A stretch of 64,000 nt of DNA from Candidatus Omnitrophota bacterium (GCA_029571225.1 JAKPTF010000080.1:1230-65229); one strand, 5' to 3'. Positions 28,875 to 39,714 are shown, counted from the first letter of the stretch. The notes: a model not told the origin generated them from the letters alone. Translations and numbers: made by a program.

Positions 28875-28901
28875 GTCCGTACTCCTTCCTTGATTTTGCT
28901 G

Positions 28902-30389
28902 TTATTGAAGGGCCTCGATCAGGGCCCTTGCTTTGTTCTGCGTTTCCGCATATTCCTTTGCAGGCACAGAATCCGCTACGATGCCCGCGCCTGCCTGAAT
29001 GTAGGCTGTATCGCCGATGACCGCCATGGTACGCAGGGTGATGCACGTGTCCAGATTGCCGGAGAAACTCACGTATCCGACACAGCCTGCATACGTGCCG
29101 CGGCGGGTATTTTCCAGCTCGTCTATGATCTCCATTGCGCGGACCTTGGGGCTGCCCGATACGGTGCCTGCCGGGAAACACGCGCGCAGGACATCATAAA
29201 CATCGTATTTTTTATCCAGAATCCCGGTTATCTCGCTTACCAGGTGCATGACGTGCGAATAACGTTCGACCGCCATGAAATCTGTCACCTTAACAGACCC
29301 GAGCTTAGCGATCCTGCCGATATCGTTCCTTCCCAGATCGACTAGCATAAGATGCTCGGCCTTTTCTTTAGGGTCGTTCAGCAGCTCTCTCTCAAGTGCC
29401 CTGTCCTCGCACTCCGTACTGCCGCGCCTGCGCGTGCCGGCTATCGGTCTGGCCTGCACAATCCCGTTCTCGCACCTGACCAGGAGTTCAGGTGAAGCGC
29501 CGATAAGCGTGACGCGGTCCATCTGCAGGAAGAACATATACGGCGAAGGGTTCAGGCCGCGCAGCGAACGGTAAATATCAAACGGCTCACGCCTGATCTT
29601 AGCTTTGAACCGCTGGGAAAGCACTACCTGGATTATATCTCCGGCCCTGATATGCTCTTTGGCTTTATTAACTATACCACAAAATTCTGATTTCTCAAAA
29701 TTAGAACTTATAGAACCTTTCGCCTTACGGCCGGGGACCTGGGCATCGAGTTCATCGGCGCGTACGGTCCGCCTGAAATCCCTGTCGATCGCCTCGATCT
29801 GTTTCAAAGCATCGCGATACCTCGTTGCCCTGGCGGACAAAGACAGAGGCCTGTTATGCGAAGGCAGGATGACGTTTACGATGATCTTCAGGGTATGGTT
29901 TATATGATCAAACAGCAGGATCTTATCGGTCAGGATAAAGAAGGTATCCGGCACGTTGAGCTCGTCTGGATTTTTATCCGGGATATTCTCTATGAACCTC
30001 ACATAATCATAGCCGATATATCCGACGAACCCGCCGTAAAAACGCGGCAGCCCCTTGATCCGCGCGGGCCGGAAGCCATCCATGATACGCTTGATCTCTT
30101 CCAGGGGGTCCTGTTGCGCGATATACCTTCGCACAACTCCCCGGTCCCTTGTCTCTATATGCCGGCCTTTGCTGGAAAGGACAAAGCTCGGCCTGCTTCC
30201 AAGAAAGGAATACCGCGCTATCTTCTCCTGGCCTTCAACCGATTCGAGCAGGAACGAATATCTGTCCTTGGACAGCTTCAGGAAGCATGAAACCGGAGTA
30301 TCGAGATCGGCATTGATCTCTTTATACACCGGGATCACGTTCGAGCGCCTGCTCAACTTCAAAAATTCCTGCTGCGTGATATTATACAT
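28902..30389 (-). CDS. trpE: anthranilate synthase component I (chorismate-utilising enzyme family)
   Basis: 495 aa; 'DLDTPVSCFLKL', 'KEKAEHLMLVDLGRND', 'PAGTVSGSPKVRAMEII'; no trpG adjacent. Confidence 0.88.
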   Translation of the reverse strand: MYNITQQEFLKLSRRSNVIPVYKEINADLDTPVSCFLKLSKDRYSFLLESVEGQEKIARYSFLGSRPSFVLSSKGRHIETRDRGVVRRYIAQQDPLEEIKRIMDGFRPARIKGLPRFYGGFVGYIGYDYVRFIENIPDKNPDELNVPDTFFILTDKILLFDHINHTLKIIVNVILPSHNRPLSLSARATRYRDALKQIEAIDRDFRRTVRADELDAQVPGRKAKGSISSNFEKSEFCGIVNKAKEHIRAGDIIQVVLSQRFKAKIRREPFDIYRSLRGLNPSPYMFFLQMDRVTLIGASPELLVRCENGIVQARPIAGTRRRGSTECEDRALERELLNDPKEKAEHLMLVDLGRNDIGRIAKLGSVKVTDFMAVERYSHVMHLVSEITGILDKKYDVYDVLRACFPAGTVSGSPKVRAMEIIDELENTRRGTYAGCVGYVSFSGNLDTCITLRTMAVIGDTAYIQAGAGIVADSVPAKEYAETQNKARALIEALQ

Positions 30390-30395
30390 GCGCCT

Positions 30396-30731
30396 CTAAA
30401 TGATCCTGCGGTAAAAACAGCTTCGATTGCCCGTATGGCACGCGACGCCGACCTGGCGGACCTTGATCAACAGAGCGTCCTGGTCGCAGTCATACGATAT
30501 GGATTTGACGAACTGGAAATGGCCCGACGTCATGCCCTTGACCCAGTATTCCTTGCGCGAACGCGACCAGAAACATGTCTTCTTGAGTTTCAAAGTCCTG
30601 CGCACCGATTCGAGGTTCATGTACGCAATCATCAGCACTTCGTGAGTGCGGTAATCCTGGATGATCGCAGGGATCAACCCTCTGTCGTCGAACTTAAGGG
30701 TTTTCACGTCAAAAACAGGTTTCTTTTTCAC
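30396..30731 (-). CDS. hisI: phosphoribosyl-AMP cyclohydrolase
   Basis: 111 aa; 'GLIPAIIQD', '[17 protein letters not shown]', 'CHTGNRSCF'. Confidence 0.93.
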   Translation of the reverse strand: MKKKPVFDVKTLKFDDRGLIPAIIQDYRTHEVLMIAYMNLESVRRTLKLKKTCFWSRSRKEYWVKGMTSGHFQFVKSISYDCDQDALLIKVRQVGVACHTGNRSCFYRRII

Positions 30732-31519
30732 GTATGGCTCCTATGTGCGTTTTCGATGCGTACCGGTATTCGGTTCTTCTTAAGGTACTGTTTAAGCCTG
30801 CGGATATCAAGTTCCCGGTAATGAAAAAGCGATGCTGCCAGACAGGCGTCGCACCGGCTTTTCAGGAAACAATCCCGGAAATGTTCCTTCGTCCCGGCTC
30901 CGCCTGAAGCGATAACGGGCACGGTCACAGCCTCGCAGACCGCTCTGGTCAACGCGATGTCATATCCGCCGCGGGTTCCGTCGCGGTCCATGCTTGTCAG
31001 AAGGATTTCGCCCGCACCCAGGCGCGCCGCCCTCCGGGCCCATGAAACAGCTTCAAGGCCCGTACGCGTCCTGCCTCCGTGAGTATAGACGCTCCATCCC
31101 CGCGCACCAGGCGATGTACGTTTCCGCGCGTCGATCGCGACGACAATACACTGGCTCCCGAACTTCCGCGACGCACGGGCGATAAGTTCCGGATTACCCA
31201 CAGCGGATGTATTGACGGAAACCTTGTCCGCGCCGGCGTTCAGAAGGTCCCTGATATCGCTGACGCCCGAAATCCCGCCGCCGACCGTAAACGGCATAAA
31301 TATGTTCTTCGCGATCTTCTCTACCAGCCTGACGAGCGTCTTGCGCCGCTCGTAGCTGGCGGTGATATCAAGAAAAACCAGTTCGTCCGCAGCCTGGCGG
31401 TCGTACTCCATGGCCGCAGCGACCGGGTCGCCGGCATCGCGAAGGCCCAGAAATTTCACCCCCTTGACCACCCTGCCGTTCTTTATGTCAAGGCAGGGAA
31501 TGATCCTCTTTGTGAGCAT
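30728..31519 (-). CDS. hisF: imidazole glycerol phosphate synthase cyclase subunit
   Basis: 263 aa; '[17 protein letters not shown]'. Confidence 0.96.
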   Translation of the reverse strand: MLTKRIIPCLDIKNGRVVKGVKFLGLRDAGDPVAAAMEYDRQAADELVFLDITASYERRKTLVRLVEKIAKNIFMPFTVGGGISGVSDIRDLLNAGADKVSVNTSAVGNPELIARASRKFGSQCIVVAIDARKRTSPGARGWSVYTHGGRTRTGLEAVSWARRAARLGAGEILLTSMDRDGTRGGYDIALTRAVCEAVTVPVIASGGAGTKEHFRDCFLKSRCDACLAASLFHYRELDIRRLKQYLKKNRIPVRIENAHRSHT

Positions 31520-31531
31520 ACAAAACCCTTA

Positions 31532-31966
31532 TTACTTGTTCAAATAGGGCTCAAGCTGCGCCCATGTTTTCCTGCCGACCTTGCCGTCAACCGTCAGGCC
31601 GTTGGCTTTCTGGAAATCCTTGATGGCGGCGCGGGTCTGCCTGCCAAGCTTACCGTCCACCTCAATGGTATAACCGGCGTTGCACAACGCGGTCTGTATT
31701 TGCGTCACCGACGGGACTGAGGAACCTGATTCGATCGCGCGTTCCGCTTTCGAGACAGCGTATTTTTCTTCGGTCGTCCTGCTCAATGCCTTGCGAAGAC
31801 TGTCGATCTCAGCGTCCTTCTGCTGCACCTGCTTCTGCAGGTCCGACACCTGATCCTTCAATGCCAGAGTCTCGGGATTTTCTTTCTTACGCATCGTTGC
31901 GCAGCCCGCAAGAACCATAACCGCGCAACCGATGATCAAAAACTGACCCACGCGTTCCGATCTCAT
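31532..31966 (-). CDS. lipoprotein with a coiled-coil segment and a C-terminal peptidoglycan-binding domain
   Basis: Lipobox 'VLAGC'; '[10 protein letters not shown]...[36 protein letters not shown]' matches the PG_binding_1 pattern; 4-nt overlap with hisA. Confidence 0.7.
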   Translation of the reverse strand: MRSERVGQFLIIGCAVMVLAGCATMRKKENPETLALKDQVSDLQKQVQQKDAEIDSLRKALSRTTEEKYAVSKAERAIESGSSVPSVTQIQTALCNAGYTIEVDGKLGRQTRAAIKDFQKANGLTVDGKVGRKTWAQLEPYLNK

Positions 31967-32712
31967 ATGCCCTCCTTCCGCTTTGTTTTTAAAAGGTTCA
32001 ATGCCTCTTTGAGCGTGAACCGTTCCTCATACAGGGCCTTGCCTATGATGGCCCCGATCAGACCTTGCGCCTCCAGTCGCGACAGCGCGACTACGTCGTC
32101 TAGGCTCGAGACCCCGCCCGAGGCGATGACCGCAATGCCGGCGCCGGACAGCAGCCCTTCAACCGCAGTTATATTCGGCCCGCGCAGCGTGCCGTCCTTT
32201 GAGGTATCGGTATAAATGGCTTCCCCAAAGCCCATCGCCTTGAGCTCCAGCGCAAACTCCACCGCCGCTTTTTTCCTGCTCGATGACTCCTGCCAGCCCT
32301 GCGTCATGACAATGCCGTTCTTCGCATCAATGCTAACGATAACCTTGTCCCCGAACTCCTGCCGGCATTCACGCAGAAATTCCCTGTCTTCGACTGCCCT
32401 GGTCCCCAGCACCACGCGGGCAACGCCCAGCCCCAGGACTGTCCGGATCATTTCCATGGTGCGCAGGCCTCCGCCGAACTCGACGGGGATGTCCGCTGCC
32501 TTTACGATCTTCTTAAGGCAGGGGAGATTCTTCGGTTCGCCCGTGAACGCGCCGTCGAGATCCACCACGTGTATCATGGACGCGCCCTGTTTTTTCCAGT
32601 GGCGCGCCACGACCTGCGGATTGCGGGAATACACCTTCTCGTCGCCTTTGCCCTGGTATAACCGAACGACATTGCCGTCCTTAAGGTCTATGGCAGGAAT
32701 GAGCCGTATCAT
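31963..32712 (-). CDS. hisA: 1-(5-phosphoribosyl)-5-[(5-phosphoribosylamino)methylideneamino]imidazole-4-carboxamide isomerase
   Basis: 249 aa; 'LIPAIDLKDGNVVRL'. Confidence 0.95.
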   Translation of the reverse strand: MIRLIPAIDLKDGNVVRLYQGKGDEKVYSRNPQVVARHWKKQGASMIHVVDLDGAFTGEPKNLPCLKKIVKAADIPVEFGGGLRTMEMIRTVLGLGVARVVLGTRAVEDREFLRECRQEFGDKVIVSIDAKNGIVMTQGWQESSSRKKAAVEFALELKAMGFGEAIYTDTSKDGTLRGPNITAVEGLLSGAGIAVIASGGVSSLDDVVALSRLEAQGLIGAIIGKALYEERFTLKEALNLLKTKRKEGI

Positions 32713-33317
32713 AATCTCACAAAGTTATCCATTATCGCCAGCCCGACCGCCTGGCTTTTTTCCGGATGGAACTGCATCGCGTACACGTTGCCCTGCCAGA
32801 TGACCGAGGCAAATAAGCGTCCGTAATCGGTCTGCGCGGCGATGCATCCGGCATCAGCCGGCACCGGGAAATACGAATGGCAGAAATATACGGATGAGCC
32901 GCTTGCGATATTCCTGAACAGGGCGCATTCCTGCCTGCGGAAATGGATCTGGTTCCAGCCCATATGCGGGACTTTCAGGCCGCGCTCAGCCCTGAAGGCG
33001 TTGACCGCGCCTTTGAGTATGCCAAGGCCCGTGGCAGACGCACTTTCCCTGCTCGATTCAAAAAGAAGATGCATGCCGAGGCATATGCCCAGGAATATCC
33101 TGCCTCTGGCAACGTGCTGCCTGATCGCATCGTCAAGTCTCCGGCGATGAAGCTCTTTCATGGCATCGCCGAACGCGCCGACGCCCGGAAGGACAAGTTT
33201 ATCCGCCCGCTCGATATCAGACGGACTGTTCGTAACCCTGACGCGTCCGCCTTTGGATTCAAGGGCCTTCCTGACGCTGTGTATGTTGCCCATTCCGTAA
33301 TCTATGACCGCGATCAT
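32709..33317 (-). CDS. hisH: imidazole glycerol phosphate synthase glutaminase subunit
   Basis: 202 aa; 'DYGMGNIHSV', catalytic 'GICLGMHLL', 'QFHPEKS'. Confidence 0.95.
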   Translation of the reverse strand: MIAVIDYGMGNIHSVRKALESKGGRVRVTNSPSDIERADKLVLPGVGAFGDAMKELHRRRLDDAIRQHVARGRIFLGICLGMHLLFESSRESASATGLGILKGAVNAFRAERGLKVPHMGWNQIHFRRQECALFRNIASGSSVYFCHSYFPVPADAGCIAAQTDYGRLFASVIWQGNVYAMQFHPEKSQAVGLAIMDNFVRL

Positions 33318-33322
33318 CGCTA

Positions 33323-33931
33323 TTAATCTATGACGCCCTTGGTTGAAGGAACGCCTTTTCTCCGCGGATCGATCTGCGTTGCCAGGTCGAGAGCAAGGCC
33401 AAGCGCCTTGAACGCGGGCTCAAGCGCTGCATGCAAGTCCTTGCCAGCGTCCTCAATCCTGATGTTCAGATTCATTCCCAGATGCTTCGCCAGTCCGTCG
33501 AAAAAATGCTGTGCGTATTCAAAGCGGTATCCTTCAGACGGCATAATCCTGCCCGCGGGGACGCCTGAAACCTTGAGGCCGAAAAACCCTCGGCCGTTGA
33601 TATCCAGGATAGCCTTGGCAACCACCTCTTCCATGGGCGCGCCGGCATACCCTATCCGCCTGATCCCTTTCTTGTCCCCGAGCGCTTTTTTGAAAGCCTG
33701 GCCCAGGACGATCCCGATATCCTCGTTGGTATGGTGGATATCGACCTTGAAATCGCCCCTGGCCCGGATCTCAAGGTCAAAGAATCCCCAGAAGGCAAAC
33801 AATTCCAGCATATGATCGAGAAAACCGATGCCGGTCCGGATCATGCTTTTGCCGCTGCCGTCTATGTTCAGCTTTACTGAAATATCGGTTTCCCTGGTCC
33901 TGCGCGTAACAGCCGCTGTCCTCTTTTTCAT
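33323..33931 (-). CDS. hisB: imidazoleglycerol-phosphate dehydratase
   Basis: 202 aa; 'FLDHMLELF', 'DIHHTNEDIG'. Confidence 0.95.
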   Translation of the reverse strand: MKKRTAAVTRRTRETDISVKLNIDGSGKSMIRTGIGFLDHMLELFAFWGFFDLEIRARGDFKVDIHHTNEDIGIVLGQAFKKALGDKKGIRRIGYAGAPMEEVVAKAILDINGRGFFGLKVSGVPAGRIMPSEGYRFEYAQHFFDGLAKHLGMNLNIRIEDAGKDLHAALEPAFKALGLALDLATQIDPRRKGVPSTKGVID

Positions 33932-33943
33932 CTTCGTCTCCGG

Positions 33944-35173
33944 TTATTCAAACCGCACCTTTACCGACTGCAAATGCTCGCTCAAACCTTCTATGCCTGC
34001 GACTTTTTCCAGCGGCCCACGGATGTTCTCGAGAGCCTTTTTGGAATAACTGATTACGTGGTTGGTTTTTATGAAATCGCAAACAGAGAGCCCGGAGAAG
34101 AACCTGGCGCTGCCGTTCGTCGGCAGGACGTGGCTCGGGCCGGCGACGTAATCGCCCACCGCGGTCGGGCTGTAAGGGCCAAGGAATATAGCGCCCGCAT
34201 TCCTGATGAGTTTGACGATGCGCCGCGGGTTCTGGACGAGGATCTCCAGATGTTCGGGCGCCACGCGGTTGCTGATCTCCGCCGCCTGTTCGAGATTTTT
34301 AGTCAGGATAATATACCCTTCTACCGACGGAAGCTGAGCCCTGACATATTTTGCCAGCTCACGGGAATTCGTTATAAGTATGGCCAGGCCGTGGGAATGC
34401 TCTGCCTGCGCCTTCAGGTCCGCTAGAATGAACTTCGGATCAGAAAAACGGTTCGCGATGATCACCAGTTCCGTGGGTCCGGCTATCATGTCGATGTCCA
34501 CGTAACCGAACACCTGGCGTTTTGCCTCTGAAACATAGATATTTCCGGGACCCACGATCTTATCGACCCTGGGGATCGTCTTTGTGCCGAAGGCGAGCGC
34601 GGCAATGCCCTGCGCGCCTCCGACGCGGTAGATCTCGTTGACCTTGAGCAGGTCCGCCACTACCAGGATATGCGGATTGATAAAACCGTTGCGGTCAGGC
34701 GGGCTAATCAGGACTATCTTTTTTACGCCGGCGATCTGCGCGGGCAGGACGGACATATACACCGTGGATACGAGCGGTGCGGTCCCTGCCGGTATGTATA
34801 TGCCTACGCGCTCCAGCGGCGTGTATAATTCTCCCAGGGCCATGCCATCGGCCCCGCGCATCTTCCAGGACTTCTTAAGAGTTTTGCGGTAAAACCGGTT
34901 GATGTTCTCGATGATTATCTTCAGGCTCTGGACGAAATTCGGCGCGATGTTCTGGTATGCGCCGCTGATCTCACGTTCGGACACGCGAAGTTGCCGCGCG
35001 GTCATCCTGATATGATCGAACCTGCGCGTGTATTTCAACACCGCGTCGTCTCCGAGACTACGGACATCCTCTACGATCTGCCTGACCCGTTCTTCGGCCC
35101 TGCGTGATTTAGAAAAACCGCGGTTATATATTTTCTCAAGCTGTTTTACGGAATTAGACCTGATGATTTTCAT
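33944..35173 (-). CDS. hisD: histidinol dehydrogenase
   Basis: 409 aa; 'IVGPGNIYV', 'AQAEHS'. Confidence 0.95.
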   Translation of the reverse strand: MKIIRSNSVKQLEKIYNRGFSKSRRAEERVRQIVEDVRSLGDDAVLKYTRRFDHIRMTARQLRVSEREISGAYQNIAPNFVQSLKIIIENINRFYRKTLKKSWKMRGADGMALGELYTPLERVGIYIPAGTAPLVSTVYMSVLPAQIAGVKKIVLISPPDRNGFINPHILVVADLLKVNEIYRVGGAQGIAALAFGTKTIPRVDKIVGPGNIYVSEAKRQVFGYVDIDMIAGPTELVIIANRFSDPKFILADLKAQAEHSHGLAILITNSRELAKYVRAQLPSVEGYIILTKNLEQAAEISNRVAPEHLEILVQNPRRIVKLIRNAGAIFLGPYSPTAVGDYVAGPSHVLPTNGSARFFSGLSVCDFIKTNHVISYSKKALENIRGPLEKVAGIEGLSEHLQSVKVRFE

Positions 35174-35186
35174 GCAAACCCCTTGA

Positions 35187-37802
35187 CTAAGCGATTGCCT
35201 CTTTAAGGAGCGACTTCATTTTTTCAAACGCCGCCTCGATCTTTTCGGGCCTGGTGCCGCCCGCCTGCGCGAAATCCTTCCTTCCGCCGCCGGAACCGCC
35301 GATCTCGGCTGAAACCTGTTTGATGATCGCGCCTGCGTCAATCGAAGCCACATCGGTCGCCGCGATAAGGCATGCTTTTCCTTCTTCTCCTGATCCGAGC
35401 GCGATAAAGACCTTCTGCTCTTTCTGCCTGATGAGATCCGCCGCCCTGCGCAATATATCCATATCTGCTCCCTGCAGGCGCTCCATAATGACCTTAACGC
35501 CCTTGATAACGGCGGCCTTTGCGATAATCTGATCGATGCCGGCGCTTACAGCCTGCAGGCGCTGGTTTGAAAGCTGTTTTTCCAGATCCTTGATGATTTT
35601 GAGCCGCTTCTCTATCTCGACGGCGATCTTGTCGGCTGGAGCCCGAAGCGCCCGCGATACGCTCCGCACCGCCTCCTGTTCCTCCTTCATGAGCCTGTAT
35701 GCGGCAGAGCCGGTAGCGGCCTCTATCCTTCGAACACCGCTGGCAACCGAGCTTTCGTTGAGTATCTTGAAAAGCCCGATGGAACCTGTCCGGTCAAGGT
35801 GGGTGCCGCCGCAGAATTCCTTCGATACACCCTCGACTGACACGACGCGGACTTTGTCTTCGTATTTCTCAGCGAAGAACGCAAGCGCGCCCTGCTCGCG
35901 CGCCTCCTGCAGGGTCATCTCGCGCTTTGACACGGGCAGATCGGCGATGACATAACCGTTCACAAGCTCCTCGACGCGGTCAAGCTCCCGGTCCTTGATC
36001 CCGCTGAAATGCGTGAAATCAAAACGCAGCCGGTCAGCCCCGACCCACGAACCCTGTTGCTGCACATGGTTACCGAGGACTTTACGGAGCGCCGCCTGAA
36101 GAAGATGCGTTGCCGTATGATTGCGCGCGATCGAGAGCCTCCGCTCACGGTCCACCGAGACTTCAGCGCTGTCCCCGGTCCTGATAGTCCCTTCCCTTAC
36201 CCTGCCGATGTGCAAAAAGACCTTTTCAAATTTCTGGGTGTCAACAACCTCAAAAACCGCTTCCGGAGTCTTGATCACGCCGGTATCTCCGACCTGTCCT
36301 CCTGATTCGGCATAGAACGGTGTGGCATCCAGGACGATCTTTGCCTCATCGCCGGGAAGAATTTGCGAAACGTCCCTGCCGCCACTGATGATTTTGACGA
36401 TCGTCGCCTTTCCCGTAAAACTGTCATAGCCGATGAACCCGGTCGCGGCAACATCCTTCAGATGCGTTTCCTTCATGCTGAACACGTCTCCCTGCATTGT
36501 GCTCTGGGATTTGGAACGTTCTTTCTGTTTCTCAAGCTCGCGATCGAACGATTCCTGAGAGAACGGTATCCCTCTGTCAGCAAGCCAGTCCCTTGTCAGA
36601 TCGAGCGGAATGCCGTGGGTATCGTAAAGCCGGAACGCCACCCTGCCGCTTTCCTCAGGATCGGACGCTTTTGAGAAGCCGGCGTATTTCTCTTTGAGCA
36701 CGGCATCGCTGGAATCGAGCGTCGCGATAAAATTTTTTTCTTCCGAAAGGATAATCTCGGCGATGTTTTCCCGGCGAGCCGTCAGTTCCGGATAAGGTTT
36801 TTCCATAATCCGGGCCAGCACCGGGACCAGCCTGTACAGAAAGGGCTTTTTGTTGCCGAGGCTGCGCAAATGCAGAATGGCCTTGCGAATGATCTTGCGG
36901 ACCACGTACCCCCTTGCTTCATTGGACGGAAGGATCCCGTCAAAGATCGAGAATACGGCAGCCCGGACATGATCGGCGACCGCATTCAGGTCAGCCTGAT
37001 TGTGCGATTGTTTGATGTCGGCGGAGGAAACGATCTCCCTGATCAGCGGCTGGAACAGGTCGGTCTCGAAATTATTCGTGACGCCCTGCATGACTGCGGT
37101 GATCCGTTCCAGGCCCATGCCCGTATCGATGTTCTTCTGCGGCAGGGGCTCAAGTATCCCGCCTTCCTTGCGGTTGAACTGCGTGAACACCAGGTTCCAT
37201 ATCTCTATGAACCTGCCGCATGAGCACGCGGGAGAGCAATCCGGTTTCTTGCATCCGGCCGAAGGGCCGAGGTCTATGAATATCTCCGAGCACGGGCCGC
37301 AGGGGCCGTTGGGGCCTTTTTCCTTGGCGTCCGCTGGCCAGAAATTTTCATGATCGCCTAACCTGACGATCTTTTGCTCAGGGAATTTGATATCGTTCTT
37401 CCAGATGTCATACGCCTCGTCGTCATCCTTATACACGGACACCCATAATTTGTCGGGCGAGATCCGCAATTCCATAGTCAGGAACTCCCACGCCCAGGCG
37501 ATCGCCTCTTTCTTGAAATAGTCCCCGAAAGAGAAATTGCCGAGCATCTCGAAAAACGTGTGGTGGCAGTCGGTTTTGCCGACCTTATCGAGGTCGTCGG
37601 TGCGCAGGCAGCGCTGTGAGCTGGTGGCGCGTGTAAAATCCGTGATGATGCCCAGGAACTGCTTCTTGAACTGGTTCATGCCAGCCGGCGTAAAGAGGAC
37701 AGTCGGATCGTCCTTGGGCACCAGCGAATCGCTTTCCGCGACCTTATGGCCCTTGGACTTGAAGAATTGCAGATACTTATCCCGCAGTACGTCAGCTTTC
37801 AT
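35187..37802 (-). CDS. alaS: alanine--tRNA ligase
   Basis: Start taken at ATG 37802 ('MKADVLRDKYLQFF'); 'FTPAGMNQFK', 'GPCGPCSEIF', editing-site 'HTATHLL' and 'CGGTHL'. Confidence 0.96.
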   Translation of the reverse strand: MKADVLRDKYLQFFKSKGHKVAESDSLVPKDDPTVLFTPAGMNQFKKQFLGIITDFTRATSSQRCLRTDDLDKVGKTDCHHTFFEMLGNFSFGDYFKKEAIAWAWEFLTMELRISPDKLWVSVYKDDDEAYDIWKNDIKFPEQKIVRLGDHENFWPADAKEKGPNGPCGPCSEIFIDLGPSAGCKKPDCSPACSCGRFIEIWNLVFTQFNRKEGGILEPLPQKNIDTGMGLERITAVMQGVTNNFETDLFQPLIREIVSSADIKQSHNQADLNAVADHVRAAVFSIFDGILPSNEARGYVVRKIIRKAILHLRSLGNKKPFLYRLVPVLARIMEKPYPELTARRENIAEIILSEEKNFIATLDSSDAVLKEKYAGFSKASDPEESGRVAFRLYDTHGIPLDLTRDWLADRGIPFSQESFDRELEKQKERSKSQSTMQGDVFSMKETHLKDVAATGFIGYDSFTGKATIVKIISGGRDVSQILPGDEAKIVLDATPFYAESGGQVGDTGVIKTPEAVFEVVDTQKFEKVFLHIGRVREGTIRTGDSAEVSVDRERRLSIARNHTATHLLQAALRKVLGNHVQQQGSWVGADRLRFDFTHFSGIKDRELDRVEELVNGYVIADLPVSKREMTLQEAREQGALAFFAEKYEDKVRVVSVEGVSKEFCGGTHLDRTGSIGLFKILNESSVASGVRRIEAATGSAAYRLMKEEQEAVRSVSRALRAPADKIAVEIEKRLKIIKDLEKQLSNQRLQAVSAGIDQIIAKAAVIKGVKVIMERLQGADMDILRRAADLIRQKEQKVFIALGSGEEGKACLIAATDVASIDAGAIIKQVSAEIGGSGGGRKDFAQAGGTRPEKIEAAFEKMKSLLKEAIA

Positions 37803-38301
37803 CTCTGAATGTCTTGTTAAGATTATCCATGATCGCATCCGCAGAGAACCCTCTGCGGACAAGGAACGCATAGATCCTTTGTTTCATTTTCTGCCGGTCA
37901 ATGCCTTTCATAGTGGCGGTCTTGCGGCTGATCAGGCCTTGCACAATTTCGTTTTCGTCGTACCCCTCGGTAACTGCTGCTGCCGACGCCTCGGCCAGAG
38001 CGGAGGGTATGCCTTTCAGCCGCAGTTCGTTCTTTACCCTGCGCAGTCCGATAGAACGCTTGAGCCTGCTGTCGATCCAGGCCCGGCTGAAACGGCCGTC
38101 ATCGAGAAATTGCTTTTCCTTGAGGAACCGCACGGTAGCATCGATGACCCCGGCAGGGAATTTTTTCCGTTTCATGCGGCTGCGAAGCTCCTGCTCGGAC
38201 CTTAACCTGAATTTAAGAAGCAGAAAGGCGTATTCCCGAGCCTTTTCCTCGAGCCCGCCAGGGCTACTTCGCTTTATCGGTCTTCTCTTTGAGGATAACA
38301 T
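37792..38301 (-). CDS. recX: recombination regulator RecX
   Basis: 169 aa; repeated helical RecX pattern ('AREYAFLLLKFRLRSEQELR'); lies upstream of alaS in the recA neighbourhood. Confidence 0.85.
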   Translation of the reverse strand: MLSSKRRPIKRSSPGGLEEKAREYAFLLLKFRLRSEQELRSRMKRKKFPAGVIDATVRFLKEKQFLDDGRFSRAWIDSRLKRSIGLRRVKNELRLKGIPSALAEASAAAVTEGYDENEIVQGLISRKTATMKGIDRQKMKQRIYAFLVRRGFSADAIMDNLNKTFRDES

Positions 38302-39700
38302 AACCCCGTGACACGCCGACCAGCACGTCTCCGTGCAGATTCCGCGTTGCCTTCTCGTATTCGGCGATCGTGGAAACGGGAACGCGGTTGATCTGCCGTA
38401 TCACATCGCCGGGCGTGATCCCGGCAGCGTCAGCAGGGCTATTCGGTTCGACTGAAACGATGACAAGCCCTTCCCTATCTTCCCTGACCCTCATGCCCCG
38501 CCAGGCGCCAGTCACGTCCGCAGATTGCTTCACCGCAGGCGTTTCTTCGGAAGACTCGACTGACCGCATGCCGATCTCAACCGTCAGTGCCAGGGATCTT
38601 TTATCGCGGAAAACAACGATCGGGACTTTCTTGCCTACCTCGCTGCGGCCGACCATCTGCAATAAGGATTTAACGTCCTTGACCGGCTGATTGCCGAAGG
38701 TCAGAATGATGTCGCCGTCCTTCATGCCGCCTTTGTCAGCCGGACCGCCGGCAAGGACCTCTGCGACCAGAACGCCTTTCTGATCCGCCCCGAGGCCGAA
38801 ATACCTGGCCAGGTCTCCGGTCAGTTCCTGAATGCTGACGCCAAGCCAGCCGTATTCTATCTTCTTGCCCTGGATCAGCCTCGATATGATGCGCTTGGCG
38901 CTGTTGACGGGAATGGCAAACCCTATCCCCTGATTGCCTCCGGTAGTGGAAAAAATAGCAACATTGATGCCGACCACGTTGCCTTGCAGGTCAACGAGCG
39001 GCCCGCCTGAATTCCCGGGGTTGATCGCCGCGTCGGTCTGGATCAGGTCGTTATAATCCCGGTCCACTGCCAGAGCATTGCCGAGAGTGCGGTGAAGGGC
39101 GCTCACCACTCCGACAGTAACCGTCGGTTCAGGATTCTGCATCGCGAACCCGAACGGATTTCCTATGGCCATGACCCACTGCCCGATCTTCAATGTATCT
39201 GAATCCCCGAGCCGGGCAACAGGCAAATTCGAAGCGTCAATCTTGATGACCGCAAGGTCTGCGCGCGTATCAGCGCCTTTGACCTCGCCTGAGAACTGCC
39301 TGCCGTCAGGCAGGATAACAGTCAGCTTGTCGGCTCCCTCGACCACATGCTGGTTGGTAAGGATGTATCCCTGCGCGTCGATGATGACGCCGGAACCAAG
39401 GCCGCTGCGGCGGAACTCCCTCTGCGGAACGGATCCGAAGTAATCATCGAAGAACCTGCGCAACATGTCGTCGTCTGCGCCAGGGCCGTAGAAATAATAT
39501 CTTCGAGCCGCCGGTATCCTGGTCACGTGCTCGGCCGATATGGAGACGACGGCATGGCCGGTTTTTTGAGCGACCGATACCGTGGCCTGGTCAAGCGCCG
39601 CCAGAGAGTCCTGGCCGGCCTGAGCCCTGCAAGCCGCAGGGAATAACGGACATACAACCGAAGATAGAACGAACCAGAATATTATCCTTGTTGTCTTCAT
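38264..39700 (-). CDS. htrA: periplasmic serine endoprotease, DegP/HtrA family (two PDZ domains)
   Basis: 478 aa with a signal peptide; catalytic 'TNQHVV' and 'GNSGGPL'. Confidence 0.92.
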   Translation of the reverse strand: MKTTRIIFWFVLSSVVCPLFPAACRAQAGQDSLAALDQATVSVAQKTGHAVVSISAEHVTRIPAARRYYFYGPGADDDMLRRFFDDYFGSVPQREFRRSGLGSGVIIDAQGYILTNQHVVEGADKLTVILPDGRQFSGEVKGADTRADLAVIKIDASNLPVARLGDSDTLKIGQWVMAIGNPFGFAMQNPEPTVTVGVVSALHRTLGNALAVDRDYNDLIQTDAAINPGNSGGPLVDLQGNVVGINVAIFSTTGGNQGIGFAIPVNSAKRIISRLIQGKKIEYGWLGVSIQELTGDLARYFGLGADQKGVLVAEVLAGGPADKGGMKDGDIILTFGNQPVKDVKSLLQMVGRSEVGKKVPIVVFRDKRSLALTVEIGMRSVESSEETPAVKQSADVTGAWRGMRVREDREGLVIVSVEPNSPADAAGITPGDVIRQINRVPVSTIAEYEKATRNLHGDVLVGVSRGYVILKEKTDKAK

Positions 39701-39714
39701 GGCATCACCCCGTA

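Noticed and set aside
28902-30389. TrpE without an adjacent trpG/trpD: possibly PabB or a salicylate/isochorismate synthase instead
   Set aside because: The N-terminal and C-terminal motifs fit TrpE best. Subfamily assignment needs phylogeny, so this was left as TrpE-family with a note rather than reported as a finding.
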